NCBI GenBank assembly: GCA_028864975.1
Contig: JAGWLG010000001.1
Location: 1 to 64,000, forward strand
Origin: Thermoplasmata archaeon
Lineage (GTDB): Archaea; Thermoplasmatota; Thermoplasmata; Lutacidiplasmatales; UBA184
Length of the DNA stretch: 64,000 nt
Direction of reading: 5' to 3'
Shown here: piece after piece, positions 44,978-53,121 of the stretch
Layout of the letters: each line of letters begins with the position of its first letter
How positions within the stretch are numbered: position 1 is the stretch's first letter
Position numbers and translations under genes: made by a program
The notes under the pieces: model-generated
What the model saw: the letters and a program-made list of their open reading frames with translations, nothing else
Database searches by the model: none
Told to the model about the DNA's origin: nothing

Positions 44978-45062
44978 CTGGTCCTCTCTCGTCCCAGAGA
45001 TCTGTCCCTGAGCTCTTCCTTTGAAAAGGTTGCAGTCCGTCTCTGACCGAGACCGGCGGGAT

Positions 45063-45851
45063 TCATCTGCTCCTGTCGGAGGTCGAAGAACCTGCGCCGG
45101 AACGGTCGCTGCATGAGACGTTCTCGGAAGGCGTGAAGCTCCGGAAGCTTGCGGGGTCCCAAAGCGCGACCTTCCCGGTTTCGACCTGTTCCACCTTCGT
45201 CGACCCATAGGCCTCCACCACCTTCGCGATCGCGGCTTGCACAACGTCGGGGAACCTGGGCTCTCCCAGGTTGCCTGCTTGGACCTCCTGACGTCGCATC
45301 GGCTCGACCAGGTCCACCTTCGTTCGGGTGGTCCAGGCCGTGCGCACTTCCTTGGGTCGGATCATCTTGACGAGCGCGCGAACACCCTCGTCCAGGAGTC
45401 CGGTAGGCATGCCCATCTCCGCCCGAGTCTCGAGGAGGATCCTGCGGTGGTCCGGCTCGCGTTCTCGGATGACGGCGACGACCTTGTCCGAGCCGACCCT
45501 TCCCATTTCGTGAACGGCCCCTACCCAGTCCGGCACCAGGTGGAGCATCTCGACGAATAGGACCGCATCGAACGACCCATCCCGCATGGGGAGCCGCGAC
45601 GCATCTCCTCGAACGAGCCGGTCCAGCCTCTTCTTCCGGGCCTCCCACATCATCGGCCCGGACCGGTCGAAGATGGTGGGATGATGGCCGAGCCGGGCCA
45701 GGGGGTCCGCGTACCTCCCGGTGCCCCCACCTACATCCAGGAGCGTGAGGCTCTCGCCCAGGATCTCGTGGAGGGCGTCGATCTCTTCCGGCTTCGCAGG
45801 GCCCCTCCAACCATCGAACTGGGTGGCCCAGAGGTCGAAACCGCGTGTCAT
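45063..45851 (-). CDS. Class I SAM-dependent methyltransferase
   Basis: LLDVGGGTG, FDRSGPMM, VRGDASRLPMRDGSFDAV. Confidence 0.88.
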   Translation of the reverse strand: MTRGFDLWATQFDGWRGPAKPEEIDALHEILGESLTLLDVGGGTGRYADPLARLGHHPTIFDRSGPMMWEARKKRLDRLVRGDASRLPMRDGSFDAVLFVEMLHLVPDWVGAVHEMGRVGSDKVVAVIREREPDHRRILLETRAEMGMPTGLLDEGVRALVKMIRPKEVRTAWTTRTKVDLVEPMRRQEVQAGNLGEPRFPDVVQAAIAKVVEAYGSTKVEQVETGKVALWDPASFRSFTPSENVSCSDRSGAGSSTSDRSR

Positions 45852-46573
45852 TCCCTCGCTCCCCAGAACGAGTCGTAGCACGGGGCCAGCTCTCGGTACA
45901 GCAGTGGCGGGAGCACGATCGAAGGGGACGTGGGCGGGCGATGAGGCTTGCGCCGTAAAGCGTCCTCGGCCTTCCTGGCCAGGTTCCTGATCGCTCCACG
46001 CATGAAGCATGGGGGGACAGGTCAGAATCTTAGAGGTGAACTTCAGAACACGGAGGGGCAGCTGCCTGGTACCAGGACCAACCTCCGTGCTACCTTCCTT
46101 CCTTTCGGATCTCAGGCATGGGTTCTACGCCATCCCCCAGATATGAACCCTCCCCGTCGCACGTCGATGGTACTCTGTGCCCAACGCCGTTTGGCGTCTC
46201 TCCTCGAAAGTCTATGGAGCGACTTCCCTGGGCGCAAGTACGCATACTGTGCTCGCCCCGCGTTTCACTCAAGGAGGGCCCAGCGGTCTACGGCCGCCAC
46301 AGCGGTGGGAGGCATGCGTAATACCCGCCGACAGCGACCGCATCCTCGAGGCCCCGCCAACCGTTTTCGGAGAAGAGACTTGGGAGAGCCGATCTTCGAT
46401 CCGCTCAAGTTTCGGTCAGGAGCGAAGCCTCGCAGCTGTCGACGGCACAGCCAACAGGCGGAGGTCCTCTCGAAGGTGGTTGTCCGAGCCCTAGTCGGGA
46501 CGACCTACCACGAGGTTCACGAGACGCTCGGCTATCGTCACAGGGAGTTCTCGGCCGAACTCTCGATGGGGCA

Positions 46574-46645
46574 TGGACACGGTGGGATTTGAACCCACGG
46601 CCTCTGCTTTGCGAAAGCAGCGATCTTCCGCTGATCTACGTGCCC
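46574..46645 (-). tRNA. tRNA-Ala(CGC)
   Basis: Cloverleaf GGGCACG/CGTGTCC with G3:U70, anticodon loop TT-CGC-AA, T-loop TTCAAAT; TATA TTTATTG ~27 nt upstream. Confidence 0.96.
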
Positions 46646-46695
46646 GAGCGGTGGGCGGGACGGAGAGGGGGCAATAAACGTGCTGGGCCCCGCGG

Positions 46696-47400
46696 CTAGG
46701 AAGCGGGCAGTTCTTCTCGCTTCTTCGGCGACGCAGCAGGAGAGGCGGTTGCCGGCAAGGGGCCGCCCGGGGCGGGGCTCGTCTTTTCCACGGGAGCCTT
46801 CGACGAGGGACGGGTGGCGCGCGGCTTCGCGGCCGGGGGCGCCGTTGGGGGAGGTGGGGGAGGAGGCGGAGCCGCCGCAGGGGGGGGAGATGCGGGCGGG
46901 GCCGGGATCGCCGGTGCAACTTTCGGCTTCCCCCGGGTGCCCGCTGGGAGGATCGCGTGTCGGTTCGCATCGTAGCGGAAGAGCTCGGTGTACCGACCCC
47001 AGGTCACGATGTTCTGGACCGCGTCGGGAGGGGCCGTCGTGAAGGCCACGATCTGCTGGAGCTCATCCTCGGCGAGGCACCCGTCGACCGCCGCCTCGAG
47101 AGAGCGCAAGATGGCTCGGAAGAGGGTCGTCTTGCGCAGCGCCTCTCGAAGGAGCTCCTTCTTCGCCCGGATGGTGCCGGCGGCTAGCTTCTTGCCGCTC
47201 TCGGTGAAGGAGACCCGTCCGTCCGAGACCGAGATGAGGCCAAGCCCTTCCGCATATTCGATCGACGGGAGGATGTCGTCCACCGCTAGGCTCTCGTCGT
47301 CCGCGATGCGGGCGATCTCCTCGCTGCCTTTCAGACGCTTGACAAGGGAGAGGAGCCCGAGGAGTTCGCTGGGACTGCACTTCGGATAGAGGGTTGGCAC
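46696..47400 (-). CDS. Stand-alone AAA-associated C-terminal domain protein (NitT/TauT ABC ATPase accessory) with Pro-rich tail
   Basis: LLGLL...IARIADDESLAVDDILPSIEYAEGLG...GRVSFTESG...IVTWGRYTELFRYD matches the domain usually fused to the C-terminus of this ATPase subfamily. Confidence 0.8.
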   Translation of the reverse strand: MPTLYPKCSPSELLGLLSLVKRLKGSEEIARIADDESLAVDDILPSIEYAEGLGLISVSDGRVSFTESGKKLAAGTIRAKKELLREALRKTTLFRAILRSLEAAVDGCLAEDELQQIVAFTTAPPDAVQNIVTWGRYTELFRYDANRHAILPAGTRGKPKVAPAIPAPPASPPPAAAPPPPPPPPTAPPAAKPRATRPSSKAPVEKTSPAPGGPLPATASPAASPKKREELPAS

Positions 47401-47555
47401 GGTCTCGAGCCTACCGGGAGGGTTCTCACCGGAGTAGTGGGAGATAAGCGTTCCCTAACGCTGGAACTGCGATAGGAACGACCCCCCTCCGACCGCCCTC
47501 GAAGGGGGCAGTGCAGGTCCTTCGAAAATCGTAAGCGATGGCGGGAGGTGGGCCG

Positions 47556-48389
47556 CTACAGCCCGTCCGCAGAGGCGGGGACGGGGGGGGTTTGACCTCG
47601 ACCGCCGTTCCCACCGGTCCCCCCTTTCCGCGGGCTTCCCTCGGTGATCATGGAATAGACGTAGTCCGTCAGCTGGTAGAAGGCTTCGGACTTCCGGTCC
47701 CTGGGGCGCGGGAGCTTCACGGGAACGCCCGCGAGGACCTGGCTCGGCCGACGTGAGAGGACCAAGATGCGGTCGGCCATTTCGACGGCCTCCTCGATGT
47801 TGTGCGTGACGAGCACCACAGCGTCCGGCGGCAGTCCCGGGTCGGCCCAAAGCTCCAGGACCTCGTCCCGAAGGCTCTCCGCCGTGAGGGGGTCGAGGGA
47901 CGAGAAGGGCTCGTCCATGAGGAGGACCGCGGGCTCCACGGCCAGCGCGCGCGCGAGGCCCACCCGCTGCCGCATCCCCCCGGAAAGCTCCCGCGGGTAG
48001 GCCTCCTCGAAACCCACCATCCCGGTGACCTCGATGTACTTCGCGACCTGGTTCTCGATGCGGTCCTCGCTCCAGCCGCGGGCCTCGAGGCCGAGCGCAA
48101 CGTTCTCCTTCACGTTCAGCCAGGGATAGAGCGCGAAGCTCTGGAAGACCATCGCCATGTCGAGCTGGACGTCCATCACGGGCTTGCCACGGAACAGGAT
48201 CGCCCCGCTCGAAGGGTGGTCGAGCCCTTGGATCAATCGAAGGAGCGTCGATTTTCCGCAGCCCGACGGACCGACGATGGCTAGGAAGTCGTTGTTCGCG
48301 ACCGAGAACGAGACATGCTCCATGATGGCCACCGGCCCATGGCGTCCGGCGAAGTTCTTGCCGATGTCCGAGATCTCGATGAGCGGCAT
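47556..48389 (-). CDS. ABC transporter ATP-binding protein, NitT/TauT family
   Basis: GPSGCGKST, VFQSFALYPWLNV, LSGGMRQR, LLMDEPFSSLD, VTHNIEEA. Confidence 0.95.
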   Translation of the reverse strand: MPLIEISDIGKNFAGRHGPVAIMEHVSFSVANNDFLAIVGPSGCGKSTLLRLIQGLDHPSSGAILFRGKPVMDVQLDMAMVFQSFALYPWLNVKENVALGLEARGWSEDRIENQVAKYIEVTGMVGFEEAYPRELSGGMRQRVGLARALAVEPAVLLMDEPFSSLDPLTAESLRDEVLELWADPGLPPDAVVLVTHNIEEAVEMADRILVLSRRPSQVLAGVPVKLPRPRDRKSEAFYQLTDYVYSMITEGSPRKGGTGGNGGRGQTPPVPASADGL

Positions 48390-48431
48390 CGGTCCCCTTT
48401 GACTCTCGGTGCAGGAACGATCGACCGAGGC

Positions 48432-50201
48432 TCAGTCGATGGTGTACCTCTTCGTGCGGCGGTAGAGGGGCTTCCATAATAGCTCGTTGACCGCGATGAC
48501 CGCCCCGACCAGCGTGAACAGCGAGATGGCCATGAGCGGGACGCCGGCCCCGGAGTTGGGGTAGCACCAGGTTCCGATCTCGAGGAGCTGCCCCAGGCCG
48601 AGCGTTCCGTGCCCGGTGCAAATCGCGCCACCAGTTCCCGCAGGGGGTGGGGGTGTGACGAGCCACTCCGCATAGATGAGCGAGTTCCACCCTCCCCCGA
48701 ACGCGGTGATCGACCCTGTGACGAAGGCTGGGAAGATCGCAGGGAGGGTCAGCCTGCGGTAGGAGAGCGAACCCTTGAGACCGAGGGATCTTCCAGCTTC
48801 CTCAAGGTCGGGAGGAAGGGACTTGAGCCCCGAGTAGACGTTGAAGAAGACGTACCAGACCATCCCCGTCATCACCGCGATGATGACCGTCGCTTGGAGC
48901 CCGAGCAGTCCGACCAGCGCCAGGAGGAGGATCGGGAAGATGGCGGGGGCGGGGAACGAGGCGATGATCTCTACGATCGGCATCCCGAACTTCGCGGCCC
49001 TCGCTCGGCGCACGAAGAAGAGCACGACCGGGAAGGTGATCGCCAGCGAGAGCCCGTAGGCCAGGACCACGCGCGCAAAGGAGGTCCCCAGAGCAAGGGG
49101 GACCTGGTCGATCTCCCCTCTCACGGAAGGTTGGACCGGGCCAGAGACGACGTGGAAGACCGCGACCGAGATGGCGATAAGGATGAACCAACCGAGAACC
49201 AGCAGGCCCCCCACGAGGGCGTAGCGGATGACCCCGGGAGAGAAGTGGGTCTTCTTCCGGATGCGGGTCACGGTGGTGGTCCCCAGGTTGACCAAGGGGG
49301 AGGCGACCCGGGTCACTCCCCCGACGAAGCCGCGTGCGACCGTGGACACGCCACGTTGAACCCGCTCGTCGAGCCGACGGGGGGCCATCACATCGCTCTC
49401 GCCGCTCGGCGACTGGTCGTAGCGATACCGCTCGGCCCACCGCCCCGCGGGTTTCCAGACAAGCAGGTCCAGCGCGGCGATCAGTGCGACCAGCAGCGCC
49501 GTCCCGGCGAGGAGCTGCCCGAGGTGCCCGAACTCGGAAGCGACGTAGAGGTAACTCCCGATCCCCGGTAGGATGACCGGGCTAGAGACCGACCCGATGA
49601 TCTCAGCTCCGACAAGATAGTACCATCCTGCGGTCCACGAGAGCACGGAATTGTAGACCAGCCGATTGATCGTGGCCGGGAAGAAGAGGTGGCGGAGCCT
49701 GAGACCGCCCGAGAGGCCGAAGGAACCTGCGGCCTCTGTCATGTCCGAAGGGATCCCTTTGATCGACTCGTACACTCCGAACGCCATGTTCCAGGACATC
49801 GAGGTGAAGATCAGGAAGATCGCCGCCACGTTCGGGCCGAGGAGACTTCCCGGCGTGAGGGCGATGAGATAGTAGACGGCGAAGGGAAAGAAGCCCAGGA
49901 TAGGTACCGACTGCAGGATGTCCAAGATCGGGATGAGCACGCGTTCTGCGGTACGATTGACGGCGGCGGCATAGCCGTAGGCCAGGGAAAACCCGAGTGA
50001 GAGGACATAGGCGAGAAGCATCCGGACGAACGAGGCGGCGAGCGCGGCCGACGCTCCCGGCAGATCGCCCAGGATCCCCGGGGCCACGGGGAGGACCGCG
50101 AGGGGCGCCGCGAGACCCCACACGGACCAGGGAAGCGCCGAACGCAGCCGAGCGAGCGGCGCCGAGCTCGGAACGACCCCGGGGTTCCCGCTCGCACGCA
50201 T
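48432..50201 (-). CDS. ABC transporter permease, duplicated NitT/TauT-type TM domains
   Basis: Two halves (LDILQSVPILGFF / EIIASFPAPAIFP) with EAA-like loops (DMTEAAGSFGL; DLEEAGRSLGL). Confidence 0.92.
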   Translation of the reverse strand: MRASGNPGVVPSSAPLARLRSALPWSVWGLAAPLAVLPVAPGILGDLPGASAALAASFVRMLLAYVLSLGFSLAYGYAAAVNRTAERVLIPILDILQSVPILGFFPFAVYYLIALTPGSLLGPNVAAIFLIFTSMSWNMAFGVYESIKGIPSDMTEAAGSFGLSGGLRLRHLFFPATINRLVYNSVLSWTAGWYYLVGAEIIGSVSSPVILPGIGSYLYVASEFGHLGQLLAGTALLVALIAALDLLVWKPAGRWAERYRYDQSPSGESDVMAPRRLDERVQRGVSTVARGFVGGVTRVASPLVNLGTTTVTRIRKKTHFSPGVIRYALVGGLLVLGWFILIAISVAVFHVVSGPVQPSVRGEIDQVPLALGTSFARVVLAYGLSLAITFPVVLFFVRRARAAKFGMPIVEIIASFPAPAIFPILLLALVGLLGLQATVIIAVMTGMVWYVFFNVYSGLKSLPPDLEEAGRSLGLKGSLSYRRLTLPAIFPAFVTGSITAFGGGWNSLIYAEWLVTPPPPAGTGGAICTGHGTLGLGQLLEIGTWCYPNSGAGVPLMAISLFTLVGAVIAVNELLWKPLYRRTKRYTID

Positions 50202-50207
50202 GCCGCC

Positions 50208-51656
50208 TCACATGTTCGCCCGAGACCGTGCCTTGCCCCGCGTGATCGTGGTAGAGCCGGTCGTCGACACTCGCTTCGGCGAGGGGCCGAACTTGGCGAG
50301 GAAGTGCCGCAATCGCTCCGGGGCTTCGATGATGCGCAGCCCACCGATGCTCGCTCTGCGCCGCCACACGGCCTTGAGCGTCTCGGCGACGTAGTGGAGA
50401 TGGCTCGCGGTGTAGACCCGACGAGGGATCGCCAATCGGACCAGCTCGAGGGGGGGCGGCGTTCCGGGGGCGGGTTTCTCCGAGCCGAACATCACACCGC
50501 CCACCTCGCAGGTGCGGACCGCGCCCTCGCGGTAGATCTCCACGACCAGGGACTGTCCTGGGAGCTCCGACGCGCTCAGGTGGGGCAGGAAACGGTGGGC
50601 GTCCAGGTAGAGCCCGTGGCCGCCCGGAGGATGCACGTAGGGGATCCCTTCCGCATCCAGGAGCGAGGCCAAGTAGCGTACCTGCCCGATGCGATGTTCG
50701 AGGTAATCGAGGTCGGTCGCCTCCAAGAGCCCCACCGCCATCGCGGCGAGGTCGCGCCGTGCGAGCCCCCCGTAGGTCGGGAAGCCCTCGAACGTGATCA
50801 GCGTCTCCTTGAGGCGCGGGACGAGCGCCGCGTCGCGGGTCGCGACGAAGCCTCCGATGTTGACCAGTCCGTCCTTCTTCGCGCTCATCGTCGCGCCGTC
50901 CGCCAGGCCAAAGCACTCGCGTCCGATCTCGCGGATCGAACGACCTTCTTGACCGTGCTCTCGCTCCCGGATGAAGTAGGCGTTCTCCGCCCATCGGCAC
51001 ATGTCGAGGTAGAAGGGGACCTTCTGGGCCCGGCAAACCGCGGAGATCGCGCGAAGGTTCTCGAGGGAGGCGGGCTGGCCCCCTCCGGTATTGTTCGTGA
51101 GGGTCATCATCACGAGCGGGACGTTCTTCCGGTTCGAGCGCAGAAGCTCTTCGAGGCGCGGGACGTCCATGTTGCCCTTGAAGGGATGGTCGACCTGGGG
51201 GTCGTAGGCCTCGGGGATAGCCAGGTTGAGCGGCCGAGCCCCCTGGCGGAGGACATGGGCCTGGGTCGTGTCAAAGTGCATGTTGTTCGGCACGGTCTCC
51301 CCGGGGTGGAGGAGGGCCGACATCAGCAGGTGCTCGGCGGCCCGTCCCTGATGGGTAGGGATCACGAAAGGAAAGCCGGTGAGGTCCTGGACCGTGCGTT
51401 CGAACTCGACGAAGTTGCGGCTTCCAGCGTAGCTCTCGTCGCCCGTCATGAGGGCCGCCCACTGGCGGTCGCTCATCGCCGAGGTGCCGGAGTCGGTGAG
51501 GAGGTCGATGAAGACCTCTTCGGAGGTCAGATTGAAGAGGTTCAGACCTGCCCGAGCGAGGGCCTTCTCCCGTTCCTCGCGGGTCGGGAGGTGGAGCCGT
51601 TCGACCGCCTTGATGCGGAAAGGCTCGAGCGGAAGGGGAGGAGCGTCGGGGGACAT
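50208..51656 (-). CDS. tnaA: Tryptophanase (PLP-dependent beta-eliminating lyase)
   Basis: EPFRIKAVE, DLLTDSGT, GDESYAGS, HQGRAAE, MSAKKDGLVNIGG (SAKKD favours tryptophanase over the SGKKD of tyrosine phenol-lyase), EGFPTYGGL, RLAIPRRVYT. Confidence 0.88.
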   Translation of the reverse strand: MSPDAPPLPLEPFRIKAVERLHLPTREEREKALARAGLNLFNLTSEEVFIDLLTDSGTSAMSDRQWAALMTGDESYAGSRNFVEFERTVQDLTGFPFVIPTHQGRAAEHLLMSALLHPGETVPNNMHFDTTQAHVLRQGARPLNLAIPEAYDPQVDHPFKGNMDVPRLEELLRSNRKNVPLVMMTLTNNTGGGQPASLENLRAISAVCRAQKVPFYLDMCRWAENAYFIREREHGQEGRSIREIGRECFGLADGATMSAKKDGLVNIGGFVATRDAALVPRLKETLITFEGFPTYGGLARRDLAAMAVGLLEATDLDYLEHRIGQVRYLASLLDAEGIPYVHPPGGHGLYLDAHRFLPHLSASELPGQSLVVEIYREGAVRTCEVGGVMFGSEKPAPGTPPPLELVRLAIPRRVYTASHLHYVAETLKAVWRRRASIGGLRIIEAPERLRHFLAKFGPSPKRVSTTGSTTITRGKARSRANM

Positions 51657-51779
51657 GGAAGACCCTGTCGGACATTCGTTTGGGCGTATAAGTGCGGCGG
51701 CGGAGGTCGTGACGGTGAGGGACTTCCCACTCGAGCTCAGGGGAGCCCTTATCTTGCGTGGATCTGTGGATGCGCGCGC

Positions 51780-51852
51780 AGCCCCGTAGTCTAGTGGCCA
51801 AGGATGCGGGACTCTGGATCCTGCGGCATCGGTTCGAATCCGGTCGGGGCTA
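51780..51852 (+). tRNA. tRNA-Gln(CTG)
   Basis: AGCCCCG/CGGGGCT acceptor (A1-U72), anticodon loop CT-CTG-GA, T-loop TTCGAAT; TATA CTTATCT ~30 nt upstream. Confidence 0.95.
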
Positions 51853-52145
51853 GAGTGTTGGCAGATTTGCACGCGCTTCGGGAAGGGGAGGTTCCGTCGC
51901 CCTTCGCTGGGGAACGTGCCCAAAGCCAGCTTCAGGGAGAGGACACTCTTCGCGGCGCGAATCCCTCGCGCGGCGCTGGGCGCGGCTCAACTCCGTGGAC
52001 GAGCTCGGGCGATCGATCCGCACAAGGAGGCTTGTGCATCCAGCTTCGCAGGCAGAAGCACGCGAAACCGGTCGGGCCGATCGGCATCTTAAGGATCGAC
52101 CGAGCGAGGAATGGATTATATGGAATTGCGTATTTTGAATATTGT

Positions 52146-52388
52146 ATGACGCTTGTCCAGGCGCAGATCCCTGAAGGAGAGTATCGTCTCCTCCGACAAC
52201 GCGCGGAGGCCACGGGTCAGCCGATGAAGGAGATCGTTCGACAGGCCTTGCACGCCTACCTTGCCGACGATACCGTGGACCCGAACGACCCGATCTTCAA
52301 GATCTTCCCTCTGGGGTCGAGCGGGAGGAAGGGTCACTCTGCCGCTCGCGATCATGACGTGATCCTGTATGGACCCCGGCGACGATGA
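52146..52388 (+). CDS. vapB: Antitoxin, ribbon-helix-helix (VapB-like)
   Basis: MTLVQAQIPEGEYRLLRQRAEATGQPMKEIVRQAL RHH pattern, RDHDVILYG tail; overlaps vapC; AT-rich promoter with TTATATG. Confidence 0.82.
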   Translation: MTLVQAQIPEGEYRLLRQRAEATGQPMKEIVRQALHAYLADDTVDPNDPIFKIFPLGSSGRKGHSAARDHDVILYGPRRR

Positions 52389-52789
52389 TCTTTGTCGATA
52401 CCAGCGCATGGCTCGCTCTCGCGGATAGCCACGACCGCGACCACTCGGCCGCTCAGGCCTTTGCTCAGCGGCTTTCGCGGGGCGAGTTCGGGAAACAGGT
52501 CACGACCAATTACATCTTGACGGAGACGTTGACCATCGTTCGTCGTCGGCTCGGTCACACCGTCGCGCTCAACCTGTCAGAGAACTTGGCGAAGAGCGAG
52601 GTCGTGAGGACCTTCTGGATCGAACCCGTACACCATCGAGAGGCCATCCGACTCATGGCCGATCACCGCGACAAGGAATGGAGCGTGACGGACTGCTCGA
52701 GCTTTGTCGTCATGCACGCTCTGCAGATCCAGGACGCGTTCACCTTCGACCGCGATTTCGCCCGGGCCGGGTTCACCGCGGTCCCTTGA
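52385..52789 (+). CDS. vapC: PIN-domain toxin
   Basis: MIFVDTSAWLAL, LTETLT, SVTDCSSF, FTFDRDF; all four acidic PIN residues present. Confidence 0.94.
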   Translation: MIFVDTSAWLALADSHDRDHSAAQAFAQRLSRGEFGKQVTTNYILTETLTIVRRRLGHTVALNLSENLAKSEVVRTFWIEPVHHREAIRLMADHRDKEWSVTDCSSFVVMHALQIQDAFTFDRDFARAGFTAVP

Positions 52790-53121
52790 CCACATCGTCC
52801 CAAAGCGCTTGCAGGGTCCCGATAGCCGCGTGTCTTCCTTCGACCAGATTCGGCGGCGGATCGGGTCGGGGCTAGAATGCTGGCCGACCTGCACGGGATC
52901 TGCAGAGCGAAGTCTTCGTGCTCGGGGGCGCCCCGGGCGGTTCTTGGGTCGACCGTTCCACGCCGCGTTCCAGAAGGGGAGCGGCCACTCTCCTACCCAG
53001 CCCCCTCGGCAGCACGCCACGTCTCCGGAAGGGTTCGCTCTCCTCCACCAGGGGCGCGGTCGGACCGCGTCGGGGGTCGATAGCCGTTCCGGGACGGGGA
53101 GCATCTATACGGGGGAGACCG

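Larger units (their letters stand above)
51836..52895 (+). mobile_element. tRNA-Gln-associated mini-island bounded by a degenerate 38-bp direct repeat (51836-51873 / 52858-52895)
   Basis: 31/38 identical, perfect core GGTCGGGGCTAGA; encloses only vapBC; no integrase seen. Confidence 0.6.

Noticed and set aside
46250-46500. Minus-strand CWLC...CGRC Zn-finger-like frame
   Set aside because: Bounded by stops with no start codon before the first CxxC; likely chance.
46500-46645. att duplication at tRNA-Ala or tRNA-Leu
   Set aside because: No second copy of either 3' end was found by eye; only tRNA-Gln shows one.
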